Assembly: GCA_022563395.1 (NCBI GenBank)
Contig: JADFNM010000001.1
Span: 270,342-334,341 of the forward strand
Reading direction: 5' to 3'
Source of the DNA: Patescibacteria group bacterium
GTDB taxonomy: Bacteria; Patescibacteriota; Minisyncoccia; Minisyncoccales; UBA10102
Length of the DNA: 64,000 bases
The notes under the pieces are model-generated. The model saw nothing but the letters and a program-made list of their open reading frames with translations. It was not told the origin of the DNA and searched no databases. Each line of letters begins with the position of its first letter. Positions within the stretch are counted from its first letter, which is position 1. Below, one piece after another: positions 26,917 through 37,754 of the stretch. Position numbers and translations under genes: made by a program.

Positions 26917-27945
26917 TTAGAGGCGCTGCCGCAGCAACATACCTCTGTGGACCAGTTCTTCTGCAATCTGCACTGCGTTGGTCGCCGCGCCCTTGCGTAG
27001 ATTGTCTGAGACGATCCACATTGCTAGGCCGTTCGGATGCGAGGTGTCGCGACGTATCCGGCCAATGAATACCTCGTCATGTCCAGCAGCATCAATCGGC
27101 ATTGGGTAGACGGCGTTAGACGGGTCGTCGACCACAGAGATGCCAGGTGCACCAGTGAGGATGTCGCGGGCTTCCTCGGGGGTCATGGGGCGTTGGAATT
27201 CTACGAAAACGGCTTCACTGTGTGACACCTGCACCGGGACGCGCACGCACGTTGCTGCGAAGGCAACATCCGGTTCGTGCATGATCTTCTGCGTTTCCTG
27301 GCGCATCTTCACCTCTTCGGAGTAGTAGCCGTCCTCTCCGAGCGAACCGATGTGCGGTATAAGGTTGAGCGCAATCTGGTGGGGATATTGCTTGGGGACC
27401 GCTGGCTTGCCGGCGAGTACCTCACGGGATTGTTCGCTTAACTCTGCCATGGCAGCGGCGCCGGTACCCGACACAGACTGGTACGTGGCGACGACGACCC
27501 GCCTGACCGGGTTCTGTCGGTGCAACGGCCAAAGGGTCATCACCAATGGTGTGGTTGAGCAGTTGGGGATCGAGATGACTCCCTCGTGCTGATCTAGGTC
27601 ATCGCCGTTGACTTCGGGGACAACGAGCGGGACTCTGGGGTCCATGCGCCATACGCTGCTGTCGTCAATAACGATGCACCCTTGCTTTGGTGCAAGCTCG
27701 CCCATCTGGCGACTCATCTCGTCCGTTGCAGAGATGAATGCGATGTCGCACTCGGCCAAGAGACGTTCGTCTACTACCTCTACCGTAATTTCCTCACCCT
27801 TGAACTCAATAGTCTTGCCCACCGAGCGCGGCGAGGCACAAAGACGTAGTGAACTCATAGGGAAGGTGCGTTCCTCCAGCACCTGTAACACAACCTTTCC
27901 CACGGCCCCTGTGGCACCAATGACGACAACTCGAGGGGCATTCAT
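26917..27945 (-). CDS. asd: Aspartate-semialdehyde dehydrogenase
   Basis: GATGAVG, PNCST, YQSVSG, CVRVPV, DNLRKGAA; SD AAAGGAG. Confidence 0.96.
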   Translation of the reverse strand: MNAPRVVVIGATGAVGKVVLQVLEERTFPMSSLRLCASPRSVGKTIEFKGEEITVEVVDERLLAECDIAFISATDEMSRQMGELAPKQGCIVIDDSSVWRMDPRVPLVVPEVNGDDLDQHEGVISIPNCSTTPLVMTLWPLHRQNPVRRVVVATYQSVSGTGAAAMAELSEQSREVLAGKPAVPKQYPHQIALNLIPHIGSLGEDGYYSEEVKMRQETQKIMHEPDVAFAATCVRVPVQVSHSEAVFVEFQRPMTPEEARDILTGAPGISVVDDPSNAVYPMPIDAAGHDEVFIGRIRRDTSHPNGLAMWIVSDNLRKGAATNAVQIAEELVHRGMLLRQRL

Positions 27946-28062
27946 ATAAAGTACTCCTTTCTGCTGGTTCTCTAGAGAAAAGGATTTCCTTATCTCCAGG
28001 GAACAGCACAAGAGCGCCTTCTCGTTGAGAAATCAGCTGTGAATATCGGTTATTGCTGATAG

Positions 28063-28134
28063 TGCCCCCAGCAGGACTCGAACCTGCAACCAATGGCTTA
28101 AAAGGCCACTGCTCTTCCATTGAGCTATGGGGGC
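28063..28134 (-). tRNA. tRNA-Lys(UUU)
   Basis: Cloverleaf GCCCCCA/TGGGGGC; anticodon loop CT-TTT-AA; GGTTCGAGTCC T arm. Confidence 0.95.
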
Positions 28135-28244
28135 AAAAGCAAACTGCTTTGCTTTTGCCGGGAAACCTACCTTGATTTGCCATGTCGCCGTTGAGGCGAC
28201 GGCATAACAAGGGTTTCCCCGGGTCCGCCGGAGGCGGATACATT

Positions 28245-28345
28245 ACTCAACTGCTTGAGTTTTTGCGGGGCCAGAGTCAACTGCTTGACTCTGGCGGGCG
28301 TTCTAGCAATTTAGTCCTTAAATTGCGTTAAGGAATGCCCAGGGC
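28245..28345. repeat. Structured multi-hairpin repeat (AACTGCTT-loop family), intergenic copy
   Basis: Homologous to 47985-48090 and to the reverse complement of 60781-60855. Confidence 0.8.
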
Positions 28346-28414
28346 CCTCAATTGAATTCGTCCTCAACTAAATCAAGGAATCCTTGGTTTCACCAAGGAC
28401 GTAATGAGTATACT

Positions 28415-29503
28415 CTAAAGTCCTTGATTTTTCAAGCGCTCCAAGAGCTCTTTTTGCTCTTTGGTGAGTTTCTTTGGGGTGACAACATCAATCTCAACTA
28501 GCATGTTGCCGCGGCCTAAACCAGAGAAATGAGGAATACCTTTGCCTAAAACTCGCAATGTCTTGCCAGATTCAATACCTTGGGGAATGGTTAAGAGAAT
28601 CTTGGTTCCCTCAATGGTTGGAACTTCAATCTCGTCTCCCAAGGCGGCTTGCGAAAACAAGATTGGCATTTTTACATACAGATCATCCCCTTTTCTTTTG
28701 AACACGCTATGGGGCTTTACAAACACTCGAATGTATAAATCCCCTACTTTCCCTTTTCTTCTTCCCACGTCTCCTTTTCCTGCAATCTTAAGAATCTGGC
28801 TGCTATCCACTCCCGGGGGAATCTGTACCTTAATGCTATCTTCTCCCTGAATCCTTCCTTCTCCCTTGCATACGTTGCAGGAATGTTCTGGGATTAACCC
28901 TTCTCCCTTACATTCAGGACACAAACCAACCCTAGTAAAAGAGCCGAACACGGTTCTTTTAATCTGCTGCACCTGTCCTTGTCCCCTACAAGAAAAGCAC
29001 TCTTTGACTTTGGTTGAGGGTTCGGCTCCTACTCCCTGGCACCTGATGCAGGTTACAAGCTTTGAAAGGTTAATAACCTCTTCTTTTCCTTTGACGGTTG
29101 CTTCCAAAGGTATTGTAAGCTCAACCTCAATGTCTCGCCCGCTTTTTATGTCTTTTGTGGTTTTTTGACCAAAGAAATCTTCAAAGATTTCTCCAATGTC
29201 AAAGTCAACACCAAAACCCTCCGAAAACTCGTCTGCGTCATGCTCATGAGGGGTTCCCCAACCCCACTGAAAACCTCCAAATCCCGCACCTGGAGCCCCT
29301 TCAAACACTCTGCCAAACTTGTCGTACTGGGCTTTCTTGTCCATATCTGAAAGCACCTGGTAGGCCTCAGCAACCTCTTTGAAACGTGCTGCGTCACCGC
29401 CTTTGTCTGGGTGATACTTGTGGGCCAACTTCCGGTAGGCCTTTTTAATGTCATCTTCTGTGGCGTTTTTTGTAACGCCAAGAATTTTATAGTAATCCTT
29501 CAT
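28415..29503 (-). CDS. dnaJ: Chaperone DnaJ
   Basis: HPD J domain, four CxxCxGxG repeats. Confidence 0.97.
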   Translation of the reverse strand: MKDYYKILGVTKNATEDDIKKAYRKLAHKYHPDKGGDAARFKEVAEAYQVLSDMDKKAQYDKFGRVFEGAPGAGFGGFQWGWGTPHEHDADEFSEGFGVDFDIGEIFEDFFGQKTTKDIKSGRDIEVELTIPLEATVKGKEEVINLSKLVTCIRCQGVGAEPSTKVKECFSCRGQGQVQQIKRTVFGSFTRVGLCPECKGEGLIPEHSCNVCKGEGRIQGEDSIKVQIPPGVDSSQILKIAGKGDVGRRKGKVGDLYIRVFVKPHSVFKRKGDDLYVKMPILFSQAALGDEIEVPTIEGTKILLTIPQGIESGKTLRVLGKGIPHFSGLGRGNMLVEIDVVTPKKLTKEQKELLERLKNQGL

Positions 29504-29514
29504 CCTCGTATTTA

Positions 29515-31380
29515 TTATTTCTCACGATACTTTCCTTCTTCCGGTTTTTCTTTGCCATTCTTTTTCTCCTCTGACTCCTGCTGTTGATACATGGAGGCCC
29601 CAATCTTTTGGATCGCCTGGGAAAGCTCCTCGGTGGCTTTTTGAATCTCCTCTATTGTTTCACCATCCTTCACTTTTTTGAGGGCGTCAAGCTTTTCTTC
29701 CACATCCTTCTTGTCTTGTGGTGCAATCTTGTCTCCAGCATCTTTTAGGGTCTTTCCCACGGTATAGATTAAAGAGTCTGCCATGTTCCGTGCTTCCACC
29801 AACTCCCTTCTTTTTTTGTCTTCTTCTTCATGTGCCTCAGCTTCCTTACGCATGCGCTCTGCCTCCTCTTTAGAAATGCCAGAAGACCCTTCAATGCGGA
29901 TGGTCTGGGTTTTACCAGACGCCTTGTCTTTGGCAGTAACATTTAAGATACCGTTGGCATCAATGTCAAATACCACCTCAACCTGGGGAACTCCTCTGGC
30001 AGCCGGAGGAATGCTGTCTAAAATGAACCTGCCCAGAGACTTGTTGTCTTTTGCCATTTGGCGCTCTCCCTGCACCACATGAACCTCAACTGAAGTCTGA
30101 TTGTCTGCCGCAGTAGAAAACACCTGCGACTTTGCTGTGGGAATGGTGGTATTTTTGGCAATCAAAATGGTGTTTACCCCGCCCAGGGTCTCAATACCCA
30201 AAGACAAGGGAGTCACGTCTAACAAGAGAACGTCTTTTACTTCTCCATGCAAGATTCCGCCTTGCACTGCAGCTCCCAAGGCAACCACCTCATCTGGGTT
30301 AATGGAGCGGTTGGGATCTTTGCCAAACAGCTTTTTTGCTGCTTCTTGGATGGCTGGCATGCGGGTCTGCCCCCCTACCAAGACAATTTCGTCAATCTCT
30401 TTTGCCACAACCTTAGCTTCTTTTAAGGTTTGCTCCACTAGGGTAATAGACTTGTCGATATACTCTTGCACCAAACTTTCCAGCTGGGCTCTCGTCATTT
30501 TAAAATACAGGTGCTTTGGACCAGAACTGTCAGAGGTGATAAAGGGAAGATTAACTTCGGTCTCCATGGACGAGGAAAGTTCAATCTTTGCTTTTTCTGC
30601 CGCCTCTTTCAAGCGCTGTAAAGCTAAAGGGTCTTTGGAAAGATCAATACCCTCTTCCTTGTGGTACTGCTCCACCAGCCAGTTCATAATCTTTTGGTCA
30701 AAGTCCTCTCCCCCAAGGTGGGTATCTCCTCCTGTGGCTTTCACCTCAATGGTGTCCTGGGAAACTTCTAAAATGGAGATGTCAAAGGTTCCGCCGCCAA
30801 AGTCATACACCACAATACGCTCATCCTTTTTCTTATTTAAACCATAGGCCAAGGCTGCCGCCGTGGGCTCGTTCAACACTCGCTTTACTTCCAGGCCTGC
30901 AATCTCTCCTGCCACCTTGGTTTCCTTTCTCTGGCTATCGTCAAAGTAGGCTGGTACGGTAATGATGGCTTCTGTAATCTTCTCTCCCAGCTTTTCTTCT
31001 GCATCAACTTTTAGTTTGCGCAGCACCATGGCAGAGATCTCAGCTGGCTTCAGCCATTTCTCCCCCAGCTTGATTTCTACTCCCCCATCCTGGCCTTCTC
31101 GTATATTGTAGGGCAGAAGCTTCTTATCTTTTTGTACGACAGCATCAGAAAACCTCCTTCCAATTAACCTCTTTACCTGAGAGATAGTGTTTTGAGGGTT
31201 GGTTATCTGCTGGCGTCTTGCCTGCACCCCAACCAAGATCTCCCCATTCTTAGCTTGTGCCACCACAGAAGGAGTGGTTCTTGCTCCTTCCCGGTTTTCA
31301 ATGATTTTTGGTTCTCCACCCTCAATTACTGCCATAGCAGAGAACGTTGTTCCAAGGTCAATGCCTAATACTTTTGCCAT
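29515..31380 (-). CDS. dnaK: Chaperone DnaK
   Basis: [22 protein letters not shown]. Confidence 0.98.
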   Translation of the reverse strand: MAKVLGIDLGTTFSAMAVIEGGEPKIIENREGARTTPSVVAQAKNGEILVGVQARRQQITNPQNTISQVKRLIGRRFSDAVVQKDKKLLPYNIREGQDGGVEIKLGEKWLKPAEISAMVLRKLKVDAEEKLGEKITEAIITVPAYFDDSQRKETKVAGEIAGLEVKRVLNEPTAAALAYGLNKKKDERIVVYDFGGGTFDISILEVSQDTIEVKATGGDTHLGGEDFDQKIMNWLVEQYHKEEGIDLSKDPLALQRLKEAAEKAKIELSSSMETEVNLPFITSDSSGPKHLYFKMTRAQLESLVQEYIDKSITLVEQTLKEAKVVAKEIDEIVLVGGQTRMPAIQEAAKKLFGKDPNRSINPDEVVALGAAVQGGILHGEVKDVLLLDVTPLSLGIETLGGVNTILIAKNTTIPTAKSQVFSTAADNQTSVEVHVVQGERQMAKDNKSLGRFILDSIPPAARGVPQVEVVFDIDANGILNVTAKDKASGKTQTIRIEGSSGISKEEAERMRKEAEAHEEEDKKRRELVEARNMADSLIYTVGKTLKDAGDKIAPQDKKDVEEKLDALKKVKDGETIEEIQKATEELSQAIQKIGASMYQQQESEEKKNGKEKPEEGKYREK

Positions 31381-31526
31381 AATGTTTGAATGTTAAATTG
31401 TGAGATGATATATGTTCTGCAAGCTCTCGGAGGCAATTTGGCATGGTTGCGAAAGCACAAATTGCCGAGAGTGCAGTTCCCAAAATCCGGCTGGGGATTT
31501 TGAGGAACGGTTGCCAAGAACATGTA

Positions 31527-31997
31527 TCATCGAACAACCTTTACTTTAGCTGGTCTTAGTAATATGTCTTTTATGGTATATCCTTTTTCTACCACCTCTA
31601 CCACCTTGCCCGGTTTTTCTCCTTGAACCATGCCTACTGCTTCGTGCAGGGCAGGGTTAAAGTTCTTTCCCTCTGCTTCAATCTCTTTTACTCCCTGGCT
31701 GTAAAGAAAGTCTTTTAACTGCTTTGCTATCTGCAAAAACCCTTGAACAAGCTTGCTGTTTCTCTCTTCGTCCTTTAGTTCCTTTTCTGCCCGTTCTAAG
31801 TTGTCCACCGTGGGAAGAAGGGAGGCAAGGAATTCTCCTCTGACATATTCCATCAAACCCTGCAACCGCTGTCTCTCTTCTTTCTTGTAGTTTACAAGGT
31901 CCGCCTTAGCTCGCTGCCATCCTGCCAGAAACTCTTCTTTCTCTTTTTGAAGCTCTTTTATCTTCTTTTGTAGTTTTTCAATATCTTTTTGTTCCAT
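31527..31997 (-). CDS. grpE: Nucleotide exchange factor GrpE
   Basis: RAKADLVNY, FNPALHEA, LRPAKVKV. Confidence 0.95.
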   Translation of the reverse strand: MEQKDIEKLQKKIKELQKEKEEFLAGWQRAKADLVNYKKEERQRLQGLMEYVRGEFLASLLPTVDNLERAEKELKDEERNSKLVQGFLQIAKQLKDFLYSQGVKEIEAEGKNFNPALHEAVGMVQGEKPGKVVEVVEKGYTIKDILLRPAKVKVVR

Positions 31998-32130
31998 GAA
32001 ATGTAGGTTTTGTTCACGTCCACCATTATACCCGATTTTTCTCTTTTTGAAAAGGGGTGATGCGCAAAAAGCAAAAATGAGTGTGGATAGTCTTCTACTC
32101 CAATACGCTTGAATCTGTTACAATAATGTA

Positions 32131-33048
32131 ATGCGGAATATCATTGAACACGGAGGAATCACCTGGGTGGATATCCAAGATCCCACCAAAGAGGATGTGG
32201 AGTATTTGAGAGAGAGCTTTCATCTCCACCCCGTAGTACTAGAACAAATCATTCCTCCCTCCTGGGGAACCAGAGTAGAGCAGTTTGCCTCCAATCTCTT
32301 TTTGGTGCTGTTCTTTCCCATATACAGCAAAGAGCGCAAAGAAACACGTCCCAGAGAACTTGACATTATTGTTACCAGCAACGCTCTTATCACAAACCAC
32401 TATAGCTCCATCTTGCCTTTAAAAGCCATGTTTGACGAGTGCAACCTGTATGAAGACTTAAAAGAACAGCACATGGGAAAGGGAGTGGGTCTTTTGCTTT
32501 ACCGCGTGCTCCACACAATCTTGGAGGACACGGGAAAAAAGACAGGCAAGGTTGACCGCAAACTCATCCTTATTGAAGAATCCATTTTTAAGGGCAAGGA
32601 ACGAGAAATGTTAACAGAAATCTCCCTTGCAAAAGCAGACATCATCAATCTCTGGCGCATCGTGCGCCCCCAAAAGGGAGTATTCACTTCACTTCGCGAC
32701 AATGCAGCTAGTTTCTTTGACGGAGAGCACTACACTCCGTACTTCTCGCACCTGCGCAACCATTGGGCCCGCATCATGAGCACCCTCATTATTGCAAAAG
32801 AAACTATCAATTCTCTTGAGCAGACCAACAACGCCCTTTTAACAGACAAGACCAATGAGATTGTAAAGCTGCTCACCATTTTCTCGGTCATTGTCTTTCC
32901 CTTATCCTTAATTGCTGCCATATTTGGAATGAACACCAAGGTTCTCCCCTTGGTGGGACTCCCCGGAGACTTTTGGATTATCACTGCCATCATGGGAGTT
33001 GGCATCCTCTTTATGATTGCCTTTTTCAAAAAGAAAAAGTGGATCTAG
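32131..33048 (+). CDS. corA: CorA-family Mg2+ transporter
   Basis: GMN motif between two C-terminal TM helices. Confidence 0.9.
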   Translation: MRNIIEHGGITWVDIQDPTKEDVEYLRESFHLHPVVLEQIIPPSWGTRVEQFASNLFLVLFFPIYSKERKETRPRELDIIVTSNALITNHYSSILPLKAMFDECNLYEDLKEQHMGKGVGLLLYRVLHTILEDTGKKTGKVDRKLILIEESIFKGKEREMLTEISLAKADIINLWRIVRPQKGVFTSLRDNAASFFDGEHYTPYFSHLRNHWARIMSTLIIAKETINSLEQTNNALLTDKTNEIVKLLTIFSVIVFPLSLIAAIFGMNTKVLPLVGLPGDFWIITAIMGVGILFMIAFFKKKKWI

Positions 33049-33866
33049 TCTTGGTACTTAATGTAGGCCTGGTCCCCAAAACGAAGATCAATGTATTTAA
33101 GCTCCCCTCTTTTCTCCGGGGGGATTTTTTGTTCCAACACAAGCTGCAGCTTTGTTTGCTGCCATTCCATGCTTTCCTCCGTATCCAAGCGTATCTTCCA
33201 TCCTTCCTGAGTCACACCCTCCACTTGTCCTGCGCGCCCAATCTCAAAGGCAGCAAGAATAACGTGCATGGGCTCGCCTGCTGAAAGGAAGGCCTCTCGA
33301 AAATCCAACAGAGTGGAAAGAAGCTGAAGGTTCAGGGATTCCTTGCCTAATGCAACCTGGGAAGCTTCCTTGGAACTAAACAAGGTATAACCTTCTCCAG
33401 CCTCCACCTCCTTGAAAGCAATGCCTTCTTTATCTAGTGCAAAACACAAGCTTTCCTCGCCTGCCTTAAGAGACACGCACCACGTCCCCACCTGCACCCG
33501 CTCTTCTACTGAAACGACAATGGTCTGCGGAAAGGAGCGCTTCACAAAAACCGCTCTGAGCAAAGGAAACTTATAAGATAGCAATTCTCCTGCTCCCGTG
33601 CCGTCAAAGAGCAGAATACTGTTTGTGGGAATGCCAAACCAGTTCCACCACAACTTCTCACCCAGAGCAGCAAGGATATGCTCTTTTTTGACTTCCTGTG
33701 CTCCCTCAACTTGAACCTCTTTGATTTCCAGCCAGGAAGAAAATACTACGGCGTAAAAAAGAAAGGTAAGAAAAAAAAGAACACCCGTCGCATACCAAAA
33801 GGACCGCAATTTCAAAAATGACACTCGCTTCTTTTTTCTTTTAAAACGCATGGGTTTTCTCATCAA
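33045..33866 (-). CDS. FtsQ/DivIB-like POTRA protein
   Basis: Single TM, POTRA-like region (KRSFPQTIVVSVEER), YIDLRF end. Confidence 0.75.
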   Translation of the reverse strand: MMRKPMRFKRKKKRVSFLKLRSFWYATGVLFFLTFLFYAVVFSSWLEIKEVQVEGAQEVKKEHILAALGEKLWWNWFGIPTNSILLFDGTGAGELLSYKFPLLRAVFVKRSFPQTIVVSVEERVQVGTWCVSLKAGEESLCFALDKEGIAFKEVEAGEGYTLFSSKEASQVALGKESLNLQLLSTLLDFREAFLSAGEPMHVILAAFEIGRAGQVEGVTQEGWKIRLDTEESMEWQQTKLQLVLEQKIPPEKRGELKYIDLRFGDQAYIKYQD

Positions 33867-34891
33867 AGATGTCTTCTTATTCTTCTGACAGTTTCAAAAA
33901 ATGCGGTGAACCAATATTTTAAGCTCACTGGGTAATCCTGGGTCTTCACATAAAGCTTTGCCTCTCCTCCAAATCCCTGTTTGAAAAGCGTGGGTCCTGC
34001 CCAAGGATGCTTTGGCTGCGTCTTTGGGTCAACGTATCCCCAAAAATCATACAGCACACACCCTCTTCTCTTTGCCTCTTTTAAAGCTTCCCATAATAAC
34101 AGATAAGACAAAGAAAGCTTTGCAAATTCCGGCAGAGAGACTGCGTGATGATAGAATCCAATGCCAGACCAAAACACCACAAAGGAAGCAGCTGCCACAT
34201 TGCTTTTGTACTTTGCGAGAAACAAAAGAACCTGATTGTCTTTTGAAAATGCTTCAAACTCACCTTGTAAGTACTCCAAAGAAAAAGGGACAAAGGCCTG
34301 CCGCCTTGAAACTTTCTCATGCATGCGAGAAAAGAGTTCAACATCAACTCTGCTGCTGCTCCGTTCAATGGTAATGTCCTGGTTCTTTGCTGCCTGGCGA
34401 ATAAGATAGCGTGTGGTCTTTCGCATCTGAGACAGTAACTCCTCTAGGTCAAGAGTAATATCTAACTTCCAAGAAGCTTCAGGGTGCATTTGTGAAGGAG
34501 CATCTTTGAATCCAGCTTTCCTGAAAAGCTGCACGTTTTCCTCTACCCTCTCCCAAATGGGGTTAAAACGAATAAAGCTTGCCTTTTCTTTTAAGGCAAC
34601 GTCTTTCAAAAAAGGAAGCAGAGCAGAGAGTATTGCCTCCTTTCTCTGTTCCCCTGGTTTTGTCACCGGACCATGAGGCAAGAGCAAGAAAGTTCCCCGG
34701 CGGGCTACAACCTTCACCACAAGGGAAACTGCAACAAGGTTTTCCTCCTCATACACTCCCAAGCGCCATACACGCCCCCGTATGAGTTTCTGGAACTCGC
34801 CCCAGTTCCAAGACTGCAAAAAGGTCTTATCACGACATCCTTGCAAAAACCCTTCCCATTCTTCCTTGTTTGTAACCTTCTTAATCTCCAT
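33863..34891 (-). CDS. FemABX-family peptidoglycan bridge aminoacyltransferase
   Basis: FLQSWNWGEF, MRKTTRYLIR, YDFWG, FKQGFGG. Confidence 0.9.
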   Translation of the reverse strand: MEIKKVTNKEEWEGFLQGCRDKTFLQSWNWGEFQKLIRGRVWRLGVYEEENLVAVSLVVKVVARRGTFLLLPHGPVTKPGEQRKEAILSALLPFLKDVALKEKASFIRFNPIWERVEENVQLFRKAGFKDAPSQMHPEASWKLDITLDLEELLSQMRKTTRYLIRQAAKNQDITIERSSSRVDVELFSRMHEKVSRRQAFVPFSLEYLQGEFEAFSKDNQVLLFLAKYKSNVAAASFVVFWSGIGFYHHAVSLPEFAKLSLSYLLLWEALKEAKRRGCVLYDFWGYVDPKTQPKHPWAGPTLFKQGFGGEAKLYVKTQDYPVSLKYWFTAFFETVRRIRRHL

Positions 34892-34893
34892 AG

Positions 34894-34933
34894 TGCTTAA
34901 ACGAGATTTAAGAACTCTTAAATCTCGTTTAGG
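34894..34933. repeat. REP-like inverted pair overlapping the aminotransferase stop codon
   Basis: TGCTTAAACGAGATTTAAG-aact-CTTAAATCTCGTTTAGG. Confidence 0.85.
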
Positions 34934-36153
34934 AGAAACTGGATAATAGTGTTTACTTCTTTTTCTGAAATGCGAATGTGCGTGGGGAGGTTAAGCGTAG
35001 TCTTGGCAAGTTCCTCTGCCTTAGGACAGCTCCCCCACTCGTATCCCATCTTCTCTATTTGAGTATCATAAGGAGCTATGGGAGTCGTGTACCAATCTCC
35101 CAAAAGCAGATTTTGCCGCCATGCCCTTTTGATGATCTCGTGGGCCTTTACATGCCGCAAGGGAAATCGAAGGTAAATATTTCCTTCCTGGTATTTCGTA
35201 TCTAGTATTTGGTATTGAGTATGAGATAGGGCTTGAACATATTTTTGAGCAATCTGTCTTCGGTGTTCATTGAAACGTTCCAGTTTTCTCAATTGTTTTC
35301 TTGCCAAAAGCGCCAGCGCATTGGGGAGTGCCTTGGGGAAATATCCTGGTTTCTCGCCCCTTTTCTCTTTTTTGTGGACTGCCTTAGAAAGAACATGGAG
35401 GTATTGGGCAATACGAAGCGTGTACTTGCCTCCAATTCCATACAGAGGCAGAATCCTCCAGTTCATGATAACTGGATGAAGCAACTGCTGAAAAATCCAA
35501 AGTAAAAAAGGATACCCAACTTTTTTCTGAAACTCCCTCATACTCTCTGCAAGCGGAGCATCGTTTGTGACAACCATTCCTCCATACACAGAAGAAATCA
35601 CCTTATCTCTTGAGAAACTGAAAAAAGAAGCTTTCCCAAACGTGCCAACTTTTCTACCTTTGTATTCTGCCCCCAGGGCATGGGCACAATCTTCCAGGAG
35701 AACAAGGTTGTGTTTGCTACAAATTTCTTGAATCTTGTCCATATCAGCTGGCGCGCCAAAGGTATGCTGCACCAACACTGCCTTTGTGTGTGGGGTAATC
35801 TTTTTTTTAAGATCCTCAGGAGACATGTTGTAGTCCTCTTTACAGTCAACGTACACGGGTTTCAAACCGGACCAAAGTATAGGATTGGGTACTGCATTGC
35901 AGGTGAAAGCTTGAATAAGAATTTCGTCTCCTTTTTTAAGCCCCAAAGATTCTAAGATAGCAAGAAAGGCAGACCTGCCACTGTTAAATGCAAACGCATA
36001 TTCCACCCCCAAATACTCCCGAAACTCCTCCTCCAAAAGGGGGGTCTGACCCCCCTTTTGCCATCTCCACGGCTGAAATAACAACGCGAAAGCAGCCAGA
36101 ATATCATCTGTCTCAGTATTGGGAGACAAGGAAATGGAAATGGGGCGAATCAT
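34918..36153 (-). CDS. DegT/DnrJ/EryC1/StrS PLP aminotransferase
   Basis: EDCAHALG, SFSRDK, GG, LNLPTH. Confidence 0.9.
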   Translation of the reverse strand: MIRPISISLSPNTETDDILAAFALLFQPWRWQKGGQTPLLEEEFREYLGVEYAFAFNSGRSAFLAILESLGLKKGDEILIQAFTCNAVPNPILWSGLKPVYVDCKEDYNMSPEDLKKKITPHTKAVLVQHTFGAPADMDKIQEICSKHNLVLLEDCAHALGAEYKGRKVGTFGKASFFSFSRDKVISSVYGGMVVTNDAPLAESMREFQKKVGYPFLLWIFQQLLHPVIMNWRILPLYGIGGKYTLRIAQYLHVLSKAVHKKEKRGEKPGYFPKALPNALALLARKQLRKLERFNEHRRQIAQKYVQALSHTQYQILDTKYQEGNIYLRFPLRHVKAHEIIKRAWRQNLLLGDWYTTPIAPYDTQIEKMGYEWGSCPKAEELAKTTLNLPTHIRISEKEVNTIIQFLLNEI

Positions 36154-37751
36154 ACTTCAAGCAAAGGAAGAATACCAGCTGGTATTCTTCCTTCCAGCAA
36201 CACAACATCTTCTTTCTTTGCTATCTTGAGAATCTTTTCCGCAATCTCCTTTGGATTTTCAGAAAGGAACATATCTTTTTCTTTCATGCCCTTTTCTTTT
36301 GCCCCCTTGAGAAGCGCAGGGAACTCATCTTGAGTGGTGATAATGGCCATGTCGCATACCTCCCCTATCTTGCGTCCTATCTGAACATGCAGTGTAGAGG
36401 AAGCTGACCCCAGCTCAATCAAAGAAGGCATAACCATAATCTTTTTTCCTTCCCACAGCTTTATGTGCTCTAAAGCAGCAAACACTCCGGTAGGATTAGC
36501 CGAGTAGCTGGAGTCCAGAATCTCAATGCCTTGCTTTCCCTTTTTAAGCAGCATGACACCTACTTCTGCCGGAACATCGCGCAGCGCCTCTGCTATCTCT
36601 TGTATACTCATGCCAAGAACCTCGGCTGTCGCAGCTGCCAAGAGCACATTTTCCACGTTGTGTTTCCCTACCAAAGGAAGGACTACCTTTGCCTCTTTTT
36701 CGTTCTTTCCTGCCATGGTGAAGCTGACTTGATCTTTTGCGACAACAACGTCTCTTGCAAAAAAGTCCTTTTGGGTTTTTGCAGAACACCACACATAGTT
36801 GGCAAAATTGGGATTCCACAACTGCAGCCAAGGCCCAAGTTCGTGCAGTTGTCTTGAATCATCGTTGAGGATTAAAACCCCCTCTTGTGGCAAAGACTGC
36901 ACCAATTCTCCTCCTCCTTCAGCTGAAAACAGGCTCATTTCAGACCCAAATACACCCAGGTGCTGTTCGTTCACTCCCGTTACAATACCTATGGTAGGCT
37001 TTGCCATATTAGCTAACAGTTTTATACCTCCTTTGCTGTACGCCCCCATCTCACATACAAATACCTGGTGCTCGTCGGTAAGGTTATACAAAATGGTATG
37101 GGCAATACCCATTTCAGAGTTTTTGTGCTCTGGGGTTTTTAAAACAATAAACTTCTTTCCCAGAATGTGTGCCAAGAACTCTTTGGTTGAGGTTTTTCCG
37201 TAGCTCCCGGTAATTCCAACCACCTTGAGGTTTTTGAGCTTTGCTCTCTTTTGCGTTGCGCGCCTGAGGACTCTGCTTCTCTCAAATATGGTGTAGGGTT
37301 GCCATAAAAGCACCACCAAAGAACCAATCAGCAAAGACAACACATCAAAAAGAAGCAGGGCAAGAAACGGGGAATCAAGAATATACAAAAGTGTGCCGGC
37401 TAAAAACACGGATTGCAAAAAGAGTAGAGAGAACATAAGAACTGTGGTCTTTCTTGTAAGTACCGGGAAAAGCAATGTCTTTGTATTTGCGGCACGGAAA
37501 AACAGTATAGTTTCTCCAATATACAAGACCAGTAGCAAAAATGCTGCCGTCACTGGCTGAAAGAACCACAACACAAGTAAGGCAAGCTTTGCTGCAACAA
37601 AGGGATGGAAGAGTAGGCGTTTCCCTTTTGCAGTACGAAAATGCGCCAAGAACCGCCCTATGTGGTACTCTTTTAACTGCCAAAGGTACAAGGTAAAAAA
37701 GAGGGCTCTCGCAGTTCTTATATACCAAAAGAAAGAAAGAAGAAGTATCAT
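36150..37751 (-). CDS. murF: MurF-type Mur ligase with N-terminal membrane domain
   Basis: GITGSYGKTSTKE, EMGAY, DSSYSANP, ELG. Confidence 0.85.
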   Translation of the reverse strand: MILLLSFFWYIRTARALFFTLYLWQLKEYHIGRFLAHFRTAKGKRLLFHPFVAAKLALLVLWFFQPVTAAFLLLVLYIGETILFFRAANTKTLLFPVLTRKTTVLMFSLLFLQSVFLAGTLLYILDSPFLALLLFDVLSLLIGSLVVLLWQPYTIFERSRVLRRATQKRAKLKNLKVVGITGSYGKTSTKEFLAHILGKKFIVLKTPEHKNSEMGIAHTILYNLTDEHQVFVCEMGAYSKGGIKLLANMAKPTIGIVTGVNEQHLGVFGSEMSLFSAEGGGELVQSLPQEGVLILNDDSRQLHELGPWLQLWNPNFANYVWCSAKTQKDFFARDVVVAKDQVSFTMAGKNEKEAKVVLPLVGKHNVENVLLAAATAEVLGMSIQEIAEALRDVPAEVGVMLLKKGKQGIEILDSSYSANPTGVFAALEHIKLWEGKKIMVMPSLIELGSASSTLHVQIGRKIGEVCDMAIITTQDEFPALLKGAKEKGMKEKDMFLSENPKEIAEKILKIAKKEDVVLLEGRIPAGILPLLEV

Positions 37752-37754
37752 ATT

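Noticed and set aside
30101..30847. 248-aa plus-strand ORF, and similar long antisense ORFs opposite dinB, groL, dnaG and uvrA
   Set aside because: Antisense shadows of well-conserved genes with no recognisable motifs.
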